A DNA stretch of 63,844 nt, the filler included, from Octopus bimaculoides (taxonomy: Eukaryota), in assembly GCF_001194135.2 (NCBI RefSeq). It is 6 parts of 6 records of this genome, joined end to end, with 100 filler letters (N's around TTAATTAATTAA, not from the genome) between each part and the next. Parts side by side here need not be neighbours in the genome. Positions count along the whole stretch, not along the records: positions 19,193 to 28,059 come from NC_068988.1; positions 28,160 to 49,936 come from NC_068994.1; 4 more parts are not named here. The stretch is one strand, 5' to 3'. Below are positions 26,775 to 39,520 of the stretch, in pieces. The position numbers and the translations under genes are program-made. The notes beneath the pieces are model-generated. The model saw only the letters and a list, made by a program, of their open reading frames with translations, did not search any database and had not been told where the DNA came from. Position 1 is the stretch's first letter; each line of letters opens with the position of its first letter.

Positions 26775-28002
26775 TATATGCACATAGACACACACACATG
26801 TATGTACACAAACACACGTGTCTATATATGTGCACTCACTCACACACACATACACTCATAATATGTATATATACATCTATACACACGTCCACACACACAC
26901 ACATATGGTTCCAATTTAAAAACTCAATCCAACTAATACTGCAATTGATTTGTTTTCTTTTCTGAAGAGATATTAAAAAAAAATGACATTGCATAATGAC
27001 GTCTTTTCAATTGGAACAAAGTCCTTTTGTTCATACATATATATATATATATATATATAATGATGTAGTTGCTTATAGAAAGAGAGTAAAAAGCTTTAAC
27101 ACTGGTAATTTGTTTGTTTGACCTGATGAAGTGTGTGAAAGGCAAAGCTGACACCAACCGTTGCCTTCAAAACTGTTCAGGATCTTCAACCTAAACCATG
27201 CGAAGTCTTTTAATTCTTCTCTCATCGTTCAGTTCTTTCTTGCAATCTGTGCATCATAAGCGTAAACTTATCTTTCTATGTTATCAATGATTCATTGCTG
27301 TTTACTTAGTAATTATTAATTATTAGTAATTATTAAGTCAATCCCTGATCTTAGGCCATTGTGTGTGTGTGTCCGTGCATTTGTATGTATATTTATGTAA
27401 CAAGTGTATAATGTATGTGTATATGCAAATATTTTTTGCATGTTACCAACTCTCTCACCTGCTCTTTCTCTTGTTCTCTCTCTCTCTCATGTACACACGC
27501 ACACACACGCACACAGCTTCTATAGAAATATGAGAACTATATTTCCTATAATTTGTTAAAATGATCACCTTTATTTTATTTTTTTTTGTTACTTAAACTA
27601 CACAACTTTTTTTGTAGCTAATATTTTTTGATGAGGTTTTCACCATAACATTCATCTCATAAAGCTCTTTCATTTGAACACAGCTATTGTATGTATATAT
27701 TTTTTTTCCTTTACAAGCCCTGAAACAGTTTGATTCAAAGTCAGTTTTGAGGGTTATTTACAATTCTTTTTTCTTGTAACCAAAAGCCACACTACATTTT
27801 TCATAGTTTATTTCTTAAAGAGGTTTTCACTTACAATTCCAATAACTTTCCCAGTGTAAATCCTATTACTTTTGAACCTTTGTCAGATGAGATGTGTGTA
27901 GTTTGTGTACAATATGTTGTAATATTACAAAGTCATTTAAAATAGCAAGCTGGCAGAATCGTTAGCAAGCCAGGCAAAATGCTAAGCAGCATTTCATCCA
28001 TA

Positions 28003-28059
<57 letters not shown>

Positions 28060-28190
28060 NNNNNNNNNNNNNNNNNNNNNNNNNNNNNNNNNNNNNNNNN
28101 NNNTTAATTAATTAANNNNNNNNNNNNNNNNNNNNNNNNNNNNNNNNNNNNNNNNNNNNAAAAAAAAAAAACAACAACAACAACAACAAC

Positions 28191-28261
<71 letters not shown>

Positions 28262-28299
28262 GCGAAAATACAAGATTTACCACTTTTATGAAAGGCAAT

Positions 28300-29540
28300 A
28301 AATTCTACCACATATAAATTATGTAAGAGCTTCTGGGTAAACAACATTCTTTGTTTTCTGGTTTGGAGCATAGACAAATAAGTCTGGAGCAACCAACAAA
28401 GTTGACCATGTGGAAAGCAAGCCAGTGGATTTCAAAGACTGACCTTGAGTTTTATTAATAGACATTGCAAAGCAAAGTTGCACTGGGAATTGTATTTGTT
28501 TGAACTTAAAAGACATGTCTGTTGGTTTGATTGGTATTCTTGGAATGAAAACTTCCTCCCCAGAGGCACATCCAGGGATGATGGTAGCTTCTATCACATT
28601 AAGTGATAATGTCTTCACAACCAACCTTGTCCCATTGCATAATTTAGGAGGATCTAAATTTGTTAGAAGCATTATTGGGACTCCTACCTTCAGAAAAAGT
28701 TTATGTGGAGGAATTCCAAGGGGCTCAAGAGAACTAAGGAACTCTGTTAGGTAATGGACAGCTTGATGTTCATCAAGAGCTGAATCAACTGATTTGTACT
28801 TCTTAATGACTGTTGGAATCATTCATTAGTTCATGGTTAATTCTTGCTACTGTCTCCATTTTTGGAGTAAGAATTGTCCTGTCACACAACCATTTATGTG
28901 AATTATCATTATTACTTAAGTCTGGCAATACCCTGTTCTTCAATTCAGCTGGGGAATTCACCATGATAGCAACATGAGCCAAGCTGATATCAACATTCTA
29001 TCAAATGGTACTTTTCCCTTTTGTAATTGGAGGAGCCAAGTTGAAAACAGTTTTGCACATTGGTCCCCATGTAATGGAGCTTGCACATTAGTATTGAAAG
29101 AAAATTTCAGTACTTTATTCCATAGGTGGGAAGACTTAATGCATGCTTTTATGTCATCAGATCTTGTTCAACTCAGAGTGACTGGTAATATCTGTCTGAA
29201 GTCTCTTGATAAAACTAATGTAACTCCTCCCATAAATTTATTGTTGCCTCTGATGTCCTGTAAGGTCTTACCAAGAGCTTCCATTGCATCTCTACATGAC
29301 ATGGTGCATTCATCCCAAATGATAAGGTGGTACTGGCACAACACTTCTGCTGAACCTGAATCTTTGCTTATGTTACAAGTTAGACTGTCACTTGTGACCA
29401 GGCTTATTGGTAATTTAAAAGGAGAATGAGCTGTTCGTCCTCCTGAGAGAATGGTGGCAGCAAAGACAGATGATGCTACAGCAAATGCAATTCTTTGTTG
29501 TTGCCTTACTTTGGAGAGAAGCAATGTTACAAATATTTTA
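28300..29540 (-). mobile_element. Helitron PIF1-like helicase remnant
   Basis: GGRTAHSPFKLP, LIIWDECTM, GGVTLVLSRDFRQILPV, LDPPKLCNGTRL and QFPVQLCFAMSINKTQGQSL are Helitron/PIF1 motifs; stops and frameshifts between them. Confidence 0.93.
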
Positions 29541-29559
29541 CCCGTGTCACATCAACACA

Positions 29560-29850
29560 GATGTACTTATTCTATCTTTCTCTTTTGCTGAACTGCTAAG
29601 TTACAGGGACATAAACACACTTCAACAGTTGCCAAGCAATGGTGAGGGGACAAACCTAGATGCACACACACAAATATATATACGACAGTCTTCTTAGGCT
29701 TCTTTCAGTTTCCATCTACCAAATCCACTCGCAAGGCTTTGGTCAGCCTGAGGCTATAGTAGAAGACACTTGTCCAAGGTGCCACACAGTGGGACTGAAC
29801 CTAGAACCATGTGAGGAGAAAGCAAGCTTTTTATCACACATCCATGCCCG
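29560..29850 (-). mobile_element. Family B SINE (CpG-decayed)
   Basis: Reverse-strand match to 13406-13800. Confidence 0.85.
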
Positions 29851-30254
29851 TGCCTGTTTGTTTACTTTATTGTAAAAAATATTCTTTGAATATTTATTGT
29901 GCAACTCTTACACTATTTCTTTCCATCTCTACTCTTGCTCTCTCTCTTTCTGTCCTTGCTTGCTTCCCTTGTACTTTCTCTTGTCTCTCTCTTTCTCTCT
30001 CTCTCTGTCTCCCCTCTTTCCCTCTCTCCTTCCTTAGTCCCTCTGCCCTCTATAATACTTCCTCTCTGATACCACATGACCAGTGTCCAGCCAAGGTGTT
30101 GTTGTTCTTTTTTGGCCTGCCCTTGACCAGACTAGTCATGCTGGTCTAGGCTCCTCTAGGACTTTCTCCATTTCATCATCGTGCCACTTTACTAAGTTCA
30201 TTTGATTGCTGAAAAGATATTTCTGTTGTATTTGTGGCACATATATACATATAT

Positions 30255-31663
30255 ATGTATAAGTATATTTGTATATGTGTGTATGAATGTTGATGTCTAA
30301 CCTTTGATAGCATAGAAAAATAGATGTAAAATGTTATTATGGATGATGATGATCGTGATGGTGGTGGTTGTGGTTGTATACGTAAACACACACACACACA
30401 CATACACATATATTTTATTTGTCACTTCTCTCTGTTTATCCTCACAGATATATAATATATATACATTTATGTATGTATACAGATACATAAATGTGTGTGT
30501 GTGTGTTTGCGCACACACACATGTATATATATATATATTATGGAGATGTACTTGCATAGCAAGTGACCTGATCTGAGATCGTGTGCTGAAACAAAAACAA
30601 TTGCAGCATGGAAGGTGTTTATAAGTCATTAAAAAACACACAAAAACCGTTAGATTTACTTCAACATTTAAATCTAATTTGCCAAAATATTTTCATTGTT
30701 TTCAGACCATGACCTGATCATGATAAAATTCTTTGTATATATATNNNNNNNNNNNNNNNNNNNNNNNNNNNNNNNNNNNNNNNNNNNNNNNNNNNNNNNN
30801 NNNNNNNNNNNNNNNNNNNNNNNNNNNNNNNNNNNNNNNNNNNNNNNNNNNNNNNNNNNNNNNNNNNNNNNNNNNNNNNNNNNNNNNNNNNNNNNNNNNN
30901 NNNNNNNNNNNNNNNNNNNNNNNNNNNNNNNNNNNNNNNNNNNNNNNNNNNNNNNNNNNNNNNNNNNNNNNNNNNNNNNNNNNNNNNNNNNNNNNNNNNN
31001 NNNNNNNNNNNNNNNNNNNNNNNNNNNNNNNNNNNNNNNNNNNNNNNNNNNNNNNNNNNNNNNNNNNNNNNNNNNNNNNNNNNNNNNNNNNNNNNNNNNN
31101 NNNNNNNNNNNNNNNNNNNNNNNNNNNNNNNNNNNNNNNNNNNNNNNNNNNNNNNNNNNNNNNNNNNNNNNNNNNNNNNNNNNNNNNNNNNNNNNNNNNN
31201 NNNNNNNNNNNNNNNNNNNNNNNNNNNNNNNNNNNNNNNNNNNNNNNNNNNNNNNNNNNNNNNNNNNNNNNNNNNNNNNNNNNNNNNNNNNNNNNNNNNN
31301 NNNNNNNNNNNNNNNNNNNNNNNNNNNNNNNNNNNNNNNNNNNNNNNNNNNNNNNNNNNNNNNNNNNNNNNNNNNNNNNNNNNNNNNNNNNNNNNNNNNN
31401 NNNNNNNNNNTATATATATATATATATATATGTATAAGTATATTTGTATATGTGTGTATGAATGTTGATGTCTAACCTTTGATAGCATAGAAAAATAGAT
31501 GTAAAATGTTATTATGGATGATGATGATCGTGATGGTGGTGGTTGTGGTTGTATACGTAAACACACACACACACATACACATATATCTTATTTGTCACTT
31601 CTCTCTGTTTATCCTCACAGATATATAATATATATACATTTATGTATGTATACAGATACATAA

Positions 31664-31719
<56 letters not shown>

Positions 31720-31785
31720 GCACACACACATGTATATATATATATTATGGAGATGTACTTGCATAGCAAGTGACCTGATCTGAGA
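30255..31785. repeat. Direct duplication of ~325 bp on either side of an N-gap
   Basis: 30255-30578 is repeated at about 31428-31785, differing mainly in microsatellite length. Confidence 0.85.
30535..30724 (+). repeat. Interspersed repeat, inverted copy at about 61340-61560
   Basis: ggagatgtacttgcatagcaagtgacctgatctgagatcgtgtgctg is the reverse complement of 61505-61553. Confidence 0.85.
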
Positions 31786-34249
31786 NNNNNNNNNNACACA
31801 CACACACACACAAATACACACACCTTTAGGAAGGTATGTATAATTAATTGAAGCTCTATCTGTTCCTTCCTGTAATTCTATTTTACTTTCTCTTATGGTT
31901 AATTTTTATTACTACAACCCCAACCATTAAAACTCCTACCATTGGCTAAGTCCCTTTCTAATGTTGCAGCCAAAAGCTGGCCCAATCAACTCAGTTTCAT
32001 TATCTGAATGGCTAATGAACTCCAAATGAACATTTGGTGATAATTCAATACATGTTTCTGAATATTTTTACTGTGGTCCTTTTTTTATTGTTATTAGATT
32101 GGGTTGGAGAGAGCTTCAAAGTAGTCTGCTTATTTTCTTTTTTTTTGTTTTCCATTTATTATAACTGTTACAAATATAAACAACTAACAAACAAACTTAC
32201 TAACAAAATGTTCATATATATGAAATTTTCAAAATGTTTACTTTTTTTTTCCTTATTTATGTATGCTTTTAGTTGAGTTTTGGTGTAAGAAGGGAAATTC
32301 TTGATTTATCTCTCAAACCAGTAGCAGTAATAGCACCACCACCACCAATAATAACAATAACAGCAATAATTCAGTTTGACTCAATCTGGATAGTCACTTG
32401 GATGTGTAGTACAGCCTTCCATAAAATCTGAAATAAATCTGTTAATATCACCAAAACCATAACCAAATCTTTAAAAAATAGATGAAAGTGATATGTTCAA
32501 CTGGCATTATATTTATGTTACATATGATTATCATGTACAAAGTATACTCTTTAAGACACACACAGAGTCACACACATAAAAGCACAGAAGAGATAAACGA
32601 GGCAAAATGAAATAAACTTTTAAATCCTTACAAAACAAAATGAAACAAACTTAAATGAAACCTTACACTTTTTAAAAACAAATATGTCCATGGATCAACC
32701 AAACAGAAACACTATTAGCTGGTCTAGGATGTCTGATGAGTTTGTAACATAGGTTTATTACTATCACAATACATGAATAATGTAACATATGGTTCAGAAT
32801 CAGTTTCTACACCAAAAGAACAGATGGACCTGTTCCTTACTGTTAGCATCCAAAATAAAACAGAAAATGCTGGATCAATGAACACTGCATCATAATATTG
32901 CTTTTCTATCATACATCAACACTATAGTCATTAAAAATGAGCACTGTAAAAGTGACTTATAATTTATGGTGTAAAAATCATGAAGAAGCAAGCAAAGAAT
33001 ATCACTGCAGACACATCAGATGCATATACATGGAGATTTATAATAAACATTAACTGGATCCCCAGAATTCTTATAGCAAGAATGTATACTGGAAATAAAA
33101 TAAAAGAACACATAAAAACATGACCTATCACAAACCAATGGAAACATCACAATAGAACTCACAACTTGCAAACTGTGTAAGAATAAAAATATCACAGCAA
33201 AGATGACTACATATACAATAAATGTGCCCTCAAAGCAGTGAAAACACTACAAAATCCAGCATGCAACAAACAAACATGACCATATGGCAAATAAAAAAGA
33301 AACAGACACAAATTAAAAAAAAGCTAAAATCTAAAAGGTTGGGGAAGACCATAGACGCCCCCATAGAAACACTCAACAAAATATTCAGCCAAATATAAAT
33401 AGAGCTTTGACACCCCATTTAACAACAAAAATAACAAAAGCAACATTGACAACAGAACAAGTTGTCAAAAGTGGGGAGATCCTAAGATAAAACAATAAAA
33501 AAAGATAACATAACAAAGTCAATGAACATAGGTTAATATAAGCACCTGTCCAAGTAACAAAAGAACAAGATCTACAAACAGATAAACAGATGTAACAAGG
33601 CCCTACAACAAACTCTGTTCATGGTAACAAACTCTTCAAATATCAACAGACAGAATTATCTCATCTAGTCATTAGCTATTGTAGTATTGAAGGAAACTGG
33701 ACTAGATCCTGGTGAAGTCAGACCCCTGGCTAAAACCTAATCCCCACCAAATAAATACCAAAGGAAAGAAAATATAATGCATAAAATTGAAAAATAAAAA
33801 TCTCTCTAAATTAGTGAAATGGAAAATACAGGATACGCCATGAAAAAAAAAGAAAGAAAAATACTGGAAGTAAATAAAGTATATCAGCCAAAGAATACTT
33901 GGCTAAAATGTGAACAGCTCTTTCAGGAAACCAAAGTATTTAAATGAAATTCCAAAAGATTCTATAGAGAAAGTAACCAAACACTGTAACAGTGGAGGAC
34001 AAAGTAGCCTCACCAGAAATATAAGCAGTTGGTACTCTCAGAAGAGAGTAAAAATGTAGTAGTACCACAAGCACGATTTATCATAGATTCCTTGCAAGTC
34101 ATTTCTTGTTGAGAATGACTATTCAGTTCCTAATTTCATTCCAGTTTTCCATTTAAAGGCCTGGACCTTTCAAATAGTTTAACCAGGTCGTTGTGAAAAA
34201 TAACAAGAATGTTTGGATTGAAAACAGAAACAAGCCCTGATAACAACCC

Positions 34250-34435
34250 TTTCTAATATAGGCCTGAAATTTTGGAAGAGTCGATTACAACGACCACAGT
34301 ACTCAACTGGTACTTATTTTATCAACCCTGAAAGGATGAAAGTCACACAAAGTAGCATTTGAACTCATAATATAAAGTTGGAAGAAATGCTAAGCACTTT
34401 GTCCAGCCCAGTAACGATTCTGCCAGCTTACTTCC

Positions 34436-34470
<35 letters not shown>

Positions 34471-36069
34471 CCTTTCTATTGAAGACACAAGGCATAGAAT
34501 TTGGTGGGAGGGGACTGGCAAATTACATGGACCCCAGTGTTTCACTGGTAATTAATTTATCAACCTCATCAGGGTTTGAGTTTGACAACATCTGAACTCA
34601 GAACATAATGATAGACGAAATGTTGCTGAGCATTTCGTCTGATATGCTAATGATTCTGCCAGCTTGCTGCAAAGTTGGGAAAACTGCAAGAGTGGATATT
34701 CCCTCTCTAAGTGTAAACCTGAGAGTCGGAGAGAAGTAATTGGAGAGGGCAAGTGCCCTCTCCAATTACTTGGGGTTTCAAGGAAATCTCGGACAGTGGG
34801 GTTCCTCGATTATTCCAAGAGGCCTTCCTCTATCAGGAGGGCCACATCTTTATCATCTTCCCCACCACTTTTTTTTTTTTAACCTTTGTATGCTATGCCT
34901 ATGTCCCTTCTTTTTCAGTGTCTACCATGTATCCTTTTTTTTTTATCATTTCATTATATGTAAACTCCAACAATTTATGTCTCTCTTTGTATTGTCCCCC
35001 CTCATCTTTCGCCCTTGTGTCAAATAAATGAAATCATTCTTTTATTCTTTTATTTGTATCTGTCATTTGACTGTGGCCATACTGGAGCACCACCTTTAAT
35101 CAAGAAAATTGACCTCAGGACTTAGTCTTTGTAACCACTAAGCATTTTGCCTGATGTGCTAACGATTCTGCCAGCTTGCTGCCTTAATAATAATAATCTT
35201 TTCTGCTATAGGCACAAGGCCTAAGATTTGGGGGGAGGGGGCTAATCAATTACACTGACCCCAGAGTTTCACTGGTACTTAATTTATAGGTCTCTTTTGC
35301 TGAACCACTAAGTTACGGGGACATAAACACACCAACATTGCTTGGGGGGACAAACACAGACACACAAACATATACATATATATATATATATATGTGTGTA
35401 TATATATATATATATACNNNNNNNNNNNNNNNNNNNNNNNNNNNNNNNNNNNNNNNNNNNNNNNNNNNNNNNNNNNNNNNNNNNNNNNNNNNNNNNNNNN
35501 NNNNNNNNNNNNNNNNNNNNNNNNNNNNNNNNNNNNNNNNNNNNNNNNNNNNNNNNNNNNNNNNNNNNNNNNNNNNNNNNNNNNNNNNNNNNNNNNNNNN
35601 NNNNNNNNNNNNNNNNNNNNNNNNNNNNNNNNNNNNNNNNNNNNNNNNNNNNNNNNNNNNNNNNNNNNNNNNNNNNNNNNNNNNNNNNNNNNNNNNNNNN
35701 NNNNNNNNNNNNNNNNNNNNNNNNNNNNNNNNNNNNNNNNNNNNNNNNNNNNNNNNNNNNNNNNNNNNNNNNNNNNNNNNNNNNNNNNNNNNNNNNNNNN
35801 NNNNNNNNNNNNNNNNNNNNNNNNNNNNNNNNNNNNNNNNNNNNNNNNNNNNNNNNNNNNNNNNNNNNNNNNNNNNNNNNNNNNNNNNNNNNNNNNNNNN
35901 NNNNNNNNNNNNNNNNNNNNNNNNNNNNNNNNNNNNNNNNNNNNNNNNNNNNNNNNNNNNNNNNNNNNNNNNNNNNNNNNNAAGGATGAAAGGCTAAGTT
36001 GACCTCGGCAGAATTTGAATTCAGAAACGTAGCGACTGCTAAGCATTTCATCCAGCGTGCTAAAAATTC

Positions 36070-36109
<40 letters not shown>

Positions 36110-36321
36110 GTCCTTTCTACTTTAGGCACAAAGCCAGAAATTTTGGGGGAGGGTGCCAGTTGATTAGATTGACCCCAGTATGCAACTGGTACTTAATTTA
36201 TTGACCCCAAAAGGATGAAAGGCAAAGTCGACCTCAGTGGAATTTGAACTCAGAATGTAAAGAGACAAAATACCACTAAGCATTTTGCCTGGCATGCTAA
36301 GGATTCTGCTAGTTCACAATC

Positions 36322-36322
<1 letters not shown>
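34250..36322 (-). mobile_element. Cluster of family A SINE copies separated by (AAT)n
   Basis: At least five full or partial copies (about 34250, 34470, 35135-35290, 35982, 36112), each next to AAT runs. Confidence 0.8.
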
Positions 36323-36366
<44 letters not shown>

Positions 36367-36380
36367 TTAATAATAATAAT

Positions 36381-37600
36381 AAAGAAAATTTGGCTATTAA
36401 CAAATGTATTAAAATACTTGCAATGCTAAAAGACAGGCCAAAAATAGATGAACAACACATAAATGAAAGTAACATTTTAGATGCCTTTAGATTAATATTT
36501 AAAACTGAGTTGAATGTCTAAAGCAAGACAAATAGTAATACGTACATCAATACTGTAACTGTTTGAATAATAAGTTATAGTTATAATAGTCTCAACTGGA
36601 AGCTAATTGAATTAGCAAGACTAGACAGGAAAATAAGAAAAATAATGACAGCATTTAAAAGCTATCACATAAAGTCTATATTTACTATGAAAACAAGGTT
36701 GGATGGAGTTTGTGCCAATTAGAAAACTATTATAAAATACTACCTGCAGGACTACAGAAATATTTAGTAAAGTGGAGAAGCTAAAATAAAATGCTACAAA
36801 ATATAAGAAAGGCAACTGCAACAACAAAAACAGGTCATGGTGGTAGTGATGGGAATAATGGTTGTTAAACAGATGTTGAGATTGCAGCAAGTTATAAACC
36901 AGAAGGAAAGAGATGCCATGCAGTGATGATGTCAAGAAAATACCTTGTATTGTTCGATATCTGACAAAAGAAGGTAAAATGAAAATAAATTTTTAAAAAA
37001 TAACTATTTAAAAACTCCCTATCACTGTCTCAGAAATCCAGGACTAAAATTTGAGGGTTAAGAGTTTTCTTTTTTTGATCATAGTCCAGGATACATTTCT
37101 ACTAAAAAGCTAACAAAAATATACAATCAAGTAGTGTATAATAAATAAATGTAGGCAGTGAGCAAACAGTCAGCCATATTATTTCTGTTTGGCCATTTAA
37201 AATAAACTAACCTTAACACTAACACTGACTATACCAAACTGGTTTGCATAAACAGATATGACAGTACTGGAAATTTTGCAGGAAATTACATCATGGCATA
37301 TATACAGAGATGACACAAACATCTACTACAATAGTCTCTGAGTATGACAAAGTGATCATTTTCTGGCATATATTGATTTATTCAGACAAGAAGATTAAAA
37401 CAAATCATCCTGATTTAAATACCAAAGACCACAAGAGAAAACATAATTAATTGAAATAATTATTTCATAAAGAATGACAAAACATTTCAGAAGGAAAATG
37501 GGAAATTATACAAAATTCTGGAAATAGAGATATATATGGAATCAACTACATTGATTATTGTAGTGATGTTGTCTGTATATCAACCATGATGTTGTCTGTA
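36381..37600 (+). mobile_element. R4/Dong-like (RLE-type) non-LTR retrotransposon fragment, degenerate
   Basis: RLIFKTELN, YSYNSLNWKLIELARLDRKIRKIMT..YHIKS, IYYENKVGWSLCQLENYYK, EQTVSHIIS (CCHC region) and IFWHILIYSDKKIKTNHPDL (PD motif of the restriction-like endonuclease). Confidence 0.75.
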
Positions 37601-37852
37601 TATCAACATGGCTCTATTGTGTTTGACTCAAGTGGGATTATTTTCAATTTTTCCAGCTTGTGCAGCAATGTCTCAAGGGTGCATACAAGCAATGAGAGGG
37701 ATCATTTTTGACAGACAGAAGGCTTGATGCTTAGCAGTTCTGGTTGGTGGTCATTTTAAACCACAGCTAAAAAAATACTGCTTTACAATGCAGTGATCTG
37801 GCTTCTAAACACTGACACAAAACCAGCTGTATGCACATGCAAAGAATATAAG

Positions 37853-38468
37853 TAACGATCGTGATACACACCACAAAGTAATGATCAAGCTCAATAACGA
37901 TCTGTTAAGCAACAACTACCCCAAAAGTATACTATCCACTCCGATTACGAAGAAGAGAGAGGATAAGGCCAATAAACTGTCCACAGACTGTCTACCCTAT
38001 GTGAAAGGCCTCTCCGAAAAGATACAAAAGATATACGGCTCATATGACATCAGGACAGTATTCAAGAGTAATACAACACTTTGCAAATATCTCCTTTGAG
38101 TAAACCACCAATAGAAGAGAATATGACCAAAGACTGCATATACTCCATCCCATGCAGCTGTAGTAGGTTATACAAAGGTGAAACATGCCACTCCCTCAAA
38201 ATAAGGGTAGACGAACATCGCAAAGCTGTGACACGAGGAGATATTGATAAATCGGGTATAGCTGATCATGTATGGAAAAATGGAGAGCACCTCCCCCCTG
38301 TGGGATGAAGTTAAAATAATAGACAGAGAACACTACTGGAAAATACGTAAACTAAAAGAAGCAGCACATATACTAGGACACAACAACCTCCTAAGCAGAA
38401 CGAGTGCAGATATGAACAGCATATGGAAACCAGTATTAAGGAAAGATAGAGAAATATTAAATTTATAA
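37853..38468 (+). mobile_element. Penelope-like element, linker plus GIY-YIG endonuclease (5'-truncated, two frameshifts and a stop)
   Basis: LPYVKGLSEKIQKI..DIRTVFKSNTTL, CIYSIPCSCSRLYKGETCHSLKIRVDEH, SGIADHVW..H and KIIDREHYWKIRKLKEAAHI are typical PLE endonuclease motifs. Confidence 0.92.
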
Positions 38469-38497
38469 GCACTAAAATTCAGTCCATAATTGCCCAT

Positions 38498-38565
38498 GGG
38501 CATATGGCATAGTGGTTAAGAGCACGGGTTACTAACCCCAAGATTCCAAGTTTGATTCCAAGCAG
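38498..38565 (+). promoter_or_regulatory. tRNA-like Pol III type-2 promoter cassette in the PLE 3' region
   Basis: A box tggcatagtgg (38505-38515), B-box-like gtttgattcc (38550-38559), small anticodon-like arm ggg-ttactaa-ccc between them. Confidence 0.7.
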
Positions 38566-38650
38566 TGACCTGAACAATAATAATAATAATAATAATAATA
38601 ACATCGAAAAATACCTTAGGAATGAGAATCTAGGTTTGAAATTTCCCCAA

Positions 38651-38696
38651 GACACCTGAAGAAGGCTGGAGGGTATATTAGCCGAAATGTTGTGTT
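38651..38696 (+). ncRNA. Minimal type I hammerhead ribozyme motif (PLE-type)
   Basis: Stem I GACAC/GUGUU, core CUGAAGA, stem II GGCUGG/UUAGCC, GAAA, minimal stem III and GUU cleavage triplet. Confidence 0.8.
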
Positions 38697-39407
38697 AACA
38701 GCAAACAAGATAAGGACAAATATCTGTTGAATGTAAATAATGTAAATAAGGAATCTAAAGTTGTTGATTACATTTCTTTTCCCCATATTCTTTTCCAGCA
38801 ATGCTATCAGTGCTGGTTCATACAAGTGGAAATGCTCTAAATCATTTGTTTGTTGCTATAGACATCCGCCAATACAGACAAAGAATCCTGAAATTTTATT
38901 CATAGTTAAGACCAACCAGTTCTGGAGATTTATCTCTTATGAACCATACATGATGTCTGCTATTTCAAAACCTGAAATTGGATTTTTACACAACACCACC
39001 CCTTCCACCATGATCTAAGACAGGCTGTCAAGATAGTGTTCTGAATACATTGGCTCCACTTCACTGGTTCTTCTGAATAATTTAGAAAACTGCTATTTAG
39101 AAAACAACATACAGCCGTGTGGAATCATCGTATAGCATAGTTCCTAAAACTGTATTACACTTCCATTTTCATGAGGCTGTGCCACCACTACAACCTGTGT
39201 CAATTAAAAAACAAAGAAAGAAGACAGCCTAAGTAAGTTTGTAACAGCCTCTTCTAATTTAGCTATTAACTTCCTCTAATGATTTATGCTGTTACTTCCT
39301 TACTATACATTACCGATTTTACACTAATTTTCCTTCTTTAGTCTGCTCACAATCCATTGTGTCTTATATTTGCTCTCAAAATTTCTGCATCACTAGTTTA
39401 CTAATTT

Positions 39408-39520
39408 GGTTCTTGTAATCCTTTATAAAGCTTATAAGAATCACTATAGATAGTGGGCCTGGTTAGTTGAATGCATAATTTTTCTGATTCCTATAAGCTT
39501 TATAAAGGCTTACAAGAACC
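39408..39520. repeat. 36-bp inverted repeat (34/36) with 41-nt spacer
   Basis: ggttcttgtaatcctttataaagcttataagaatca versus tgattcctataagctttataaaggcttacaagaacc. Confidence 0.9.

Noticed and set aside
28319-28822. Cellular PIF1 helicase gene
   Set aside because: Intronless, broken by stops and frameshifts, with Helitron-type motifs, so a transposon remnant.
30255-31785. Biological segmental duplication
   Set aside because: Near-identical copies flank an N-gap and differ only in microsatellite length, so most likely haplotype or overlap redundancy in the assembly.
32700-33150. Host exon in an A-rich stretch (YGSES.., WRFY..)
   Set aside because: Multiple stops; motifs resemble a very old RTE-like 3' end, too weak to list as a feature.
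38498-38570. Functional tRNA gene
   Set aside because: No 7-bp acceptor stem pairing and a weak T arm; treated as a tRNA-derived promoter. All other A/B-box hits are SINE heads.
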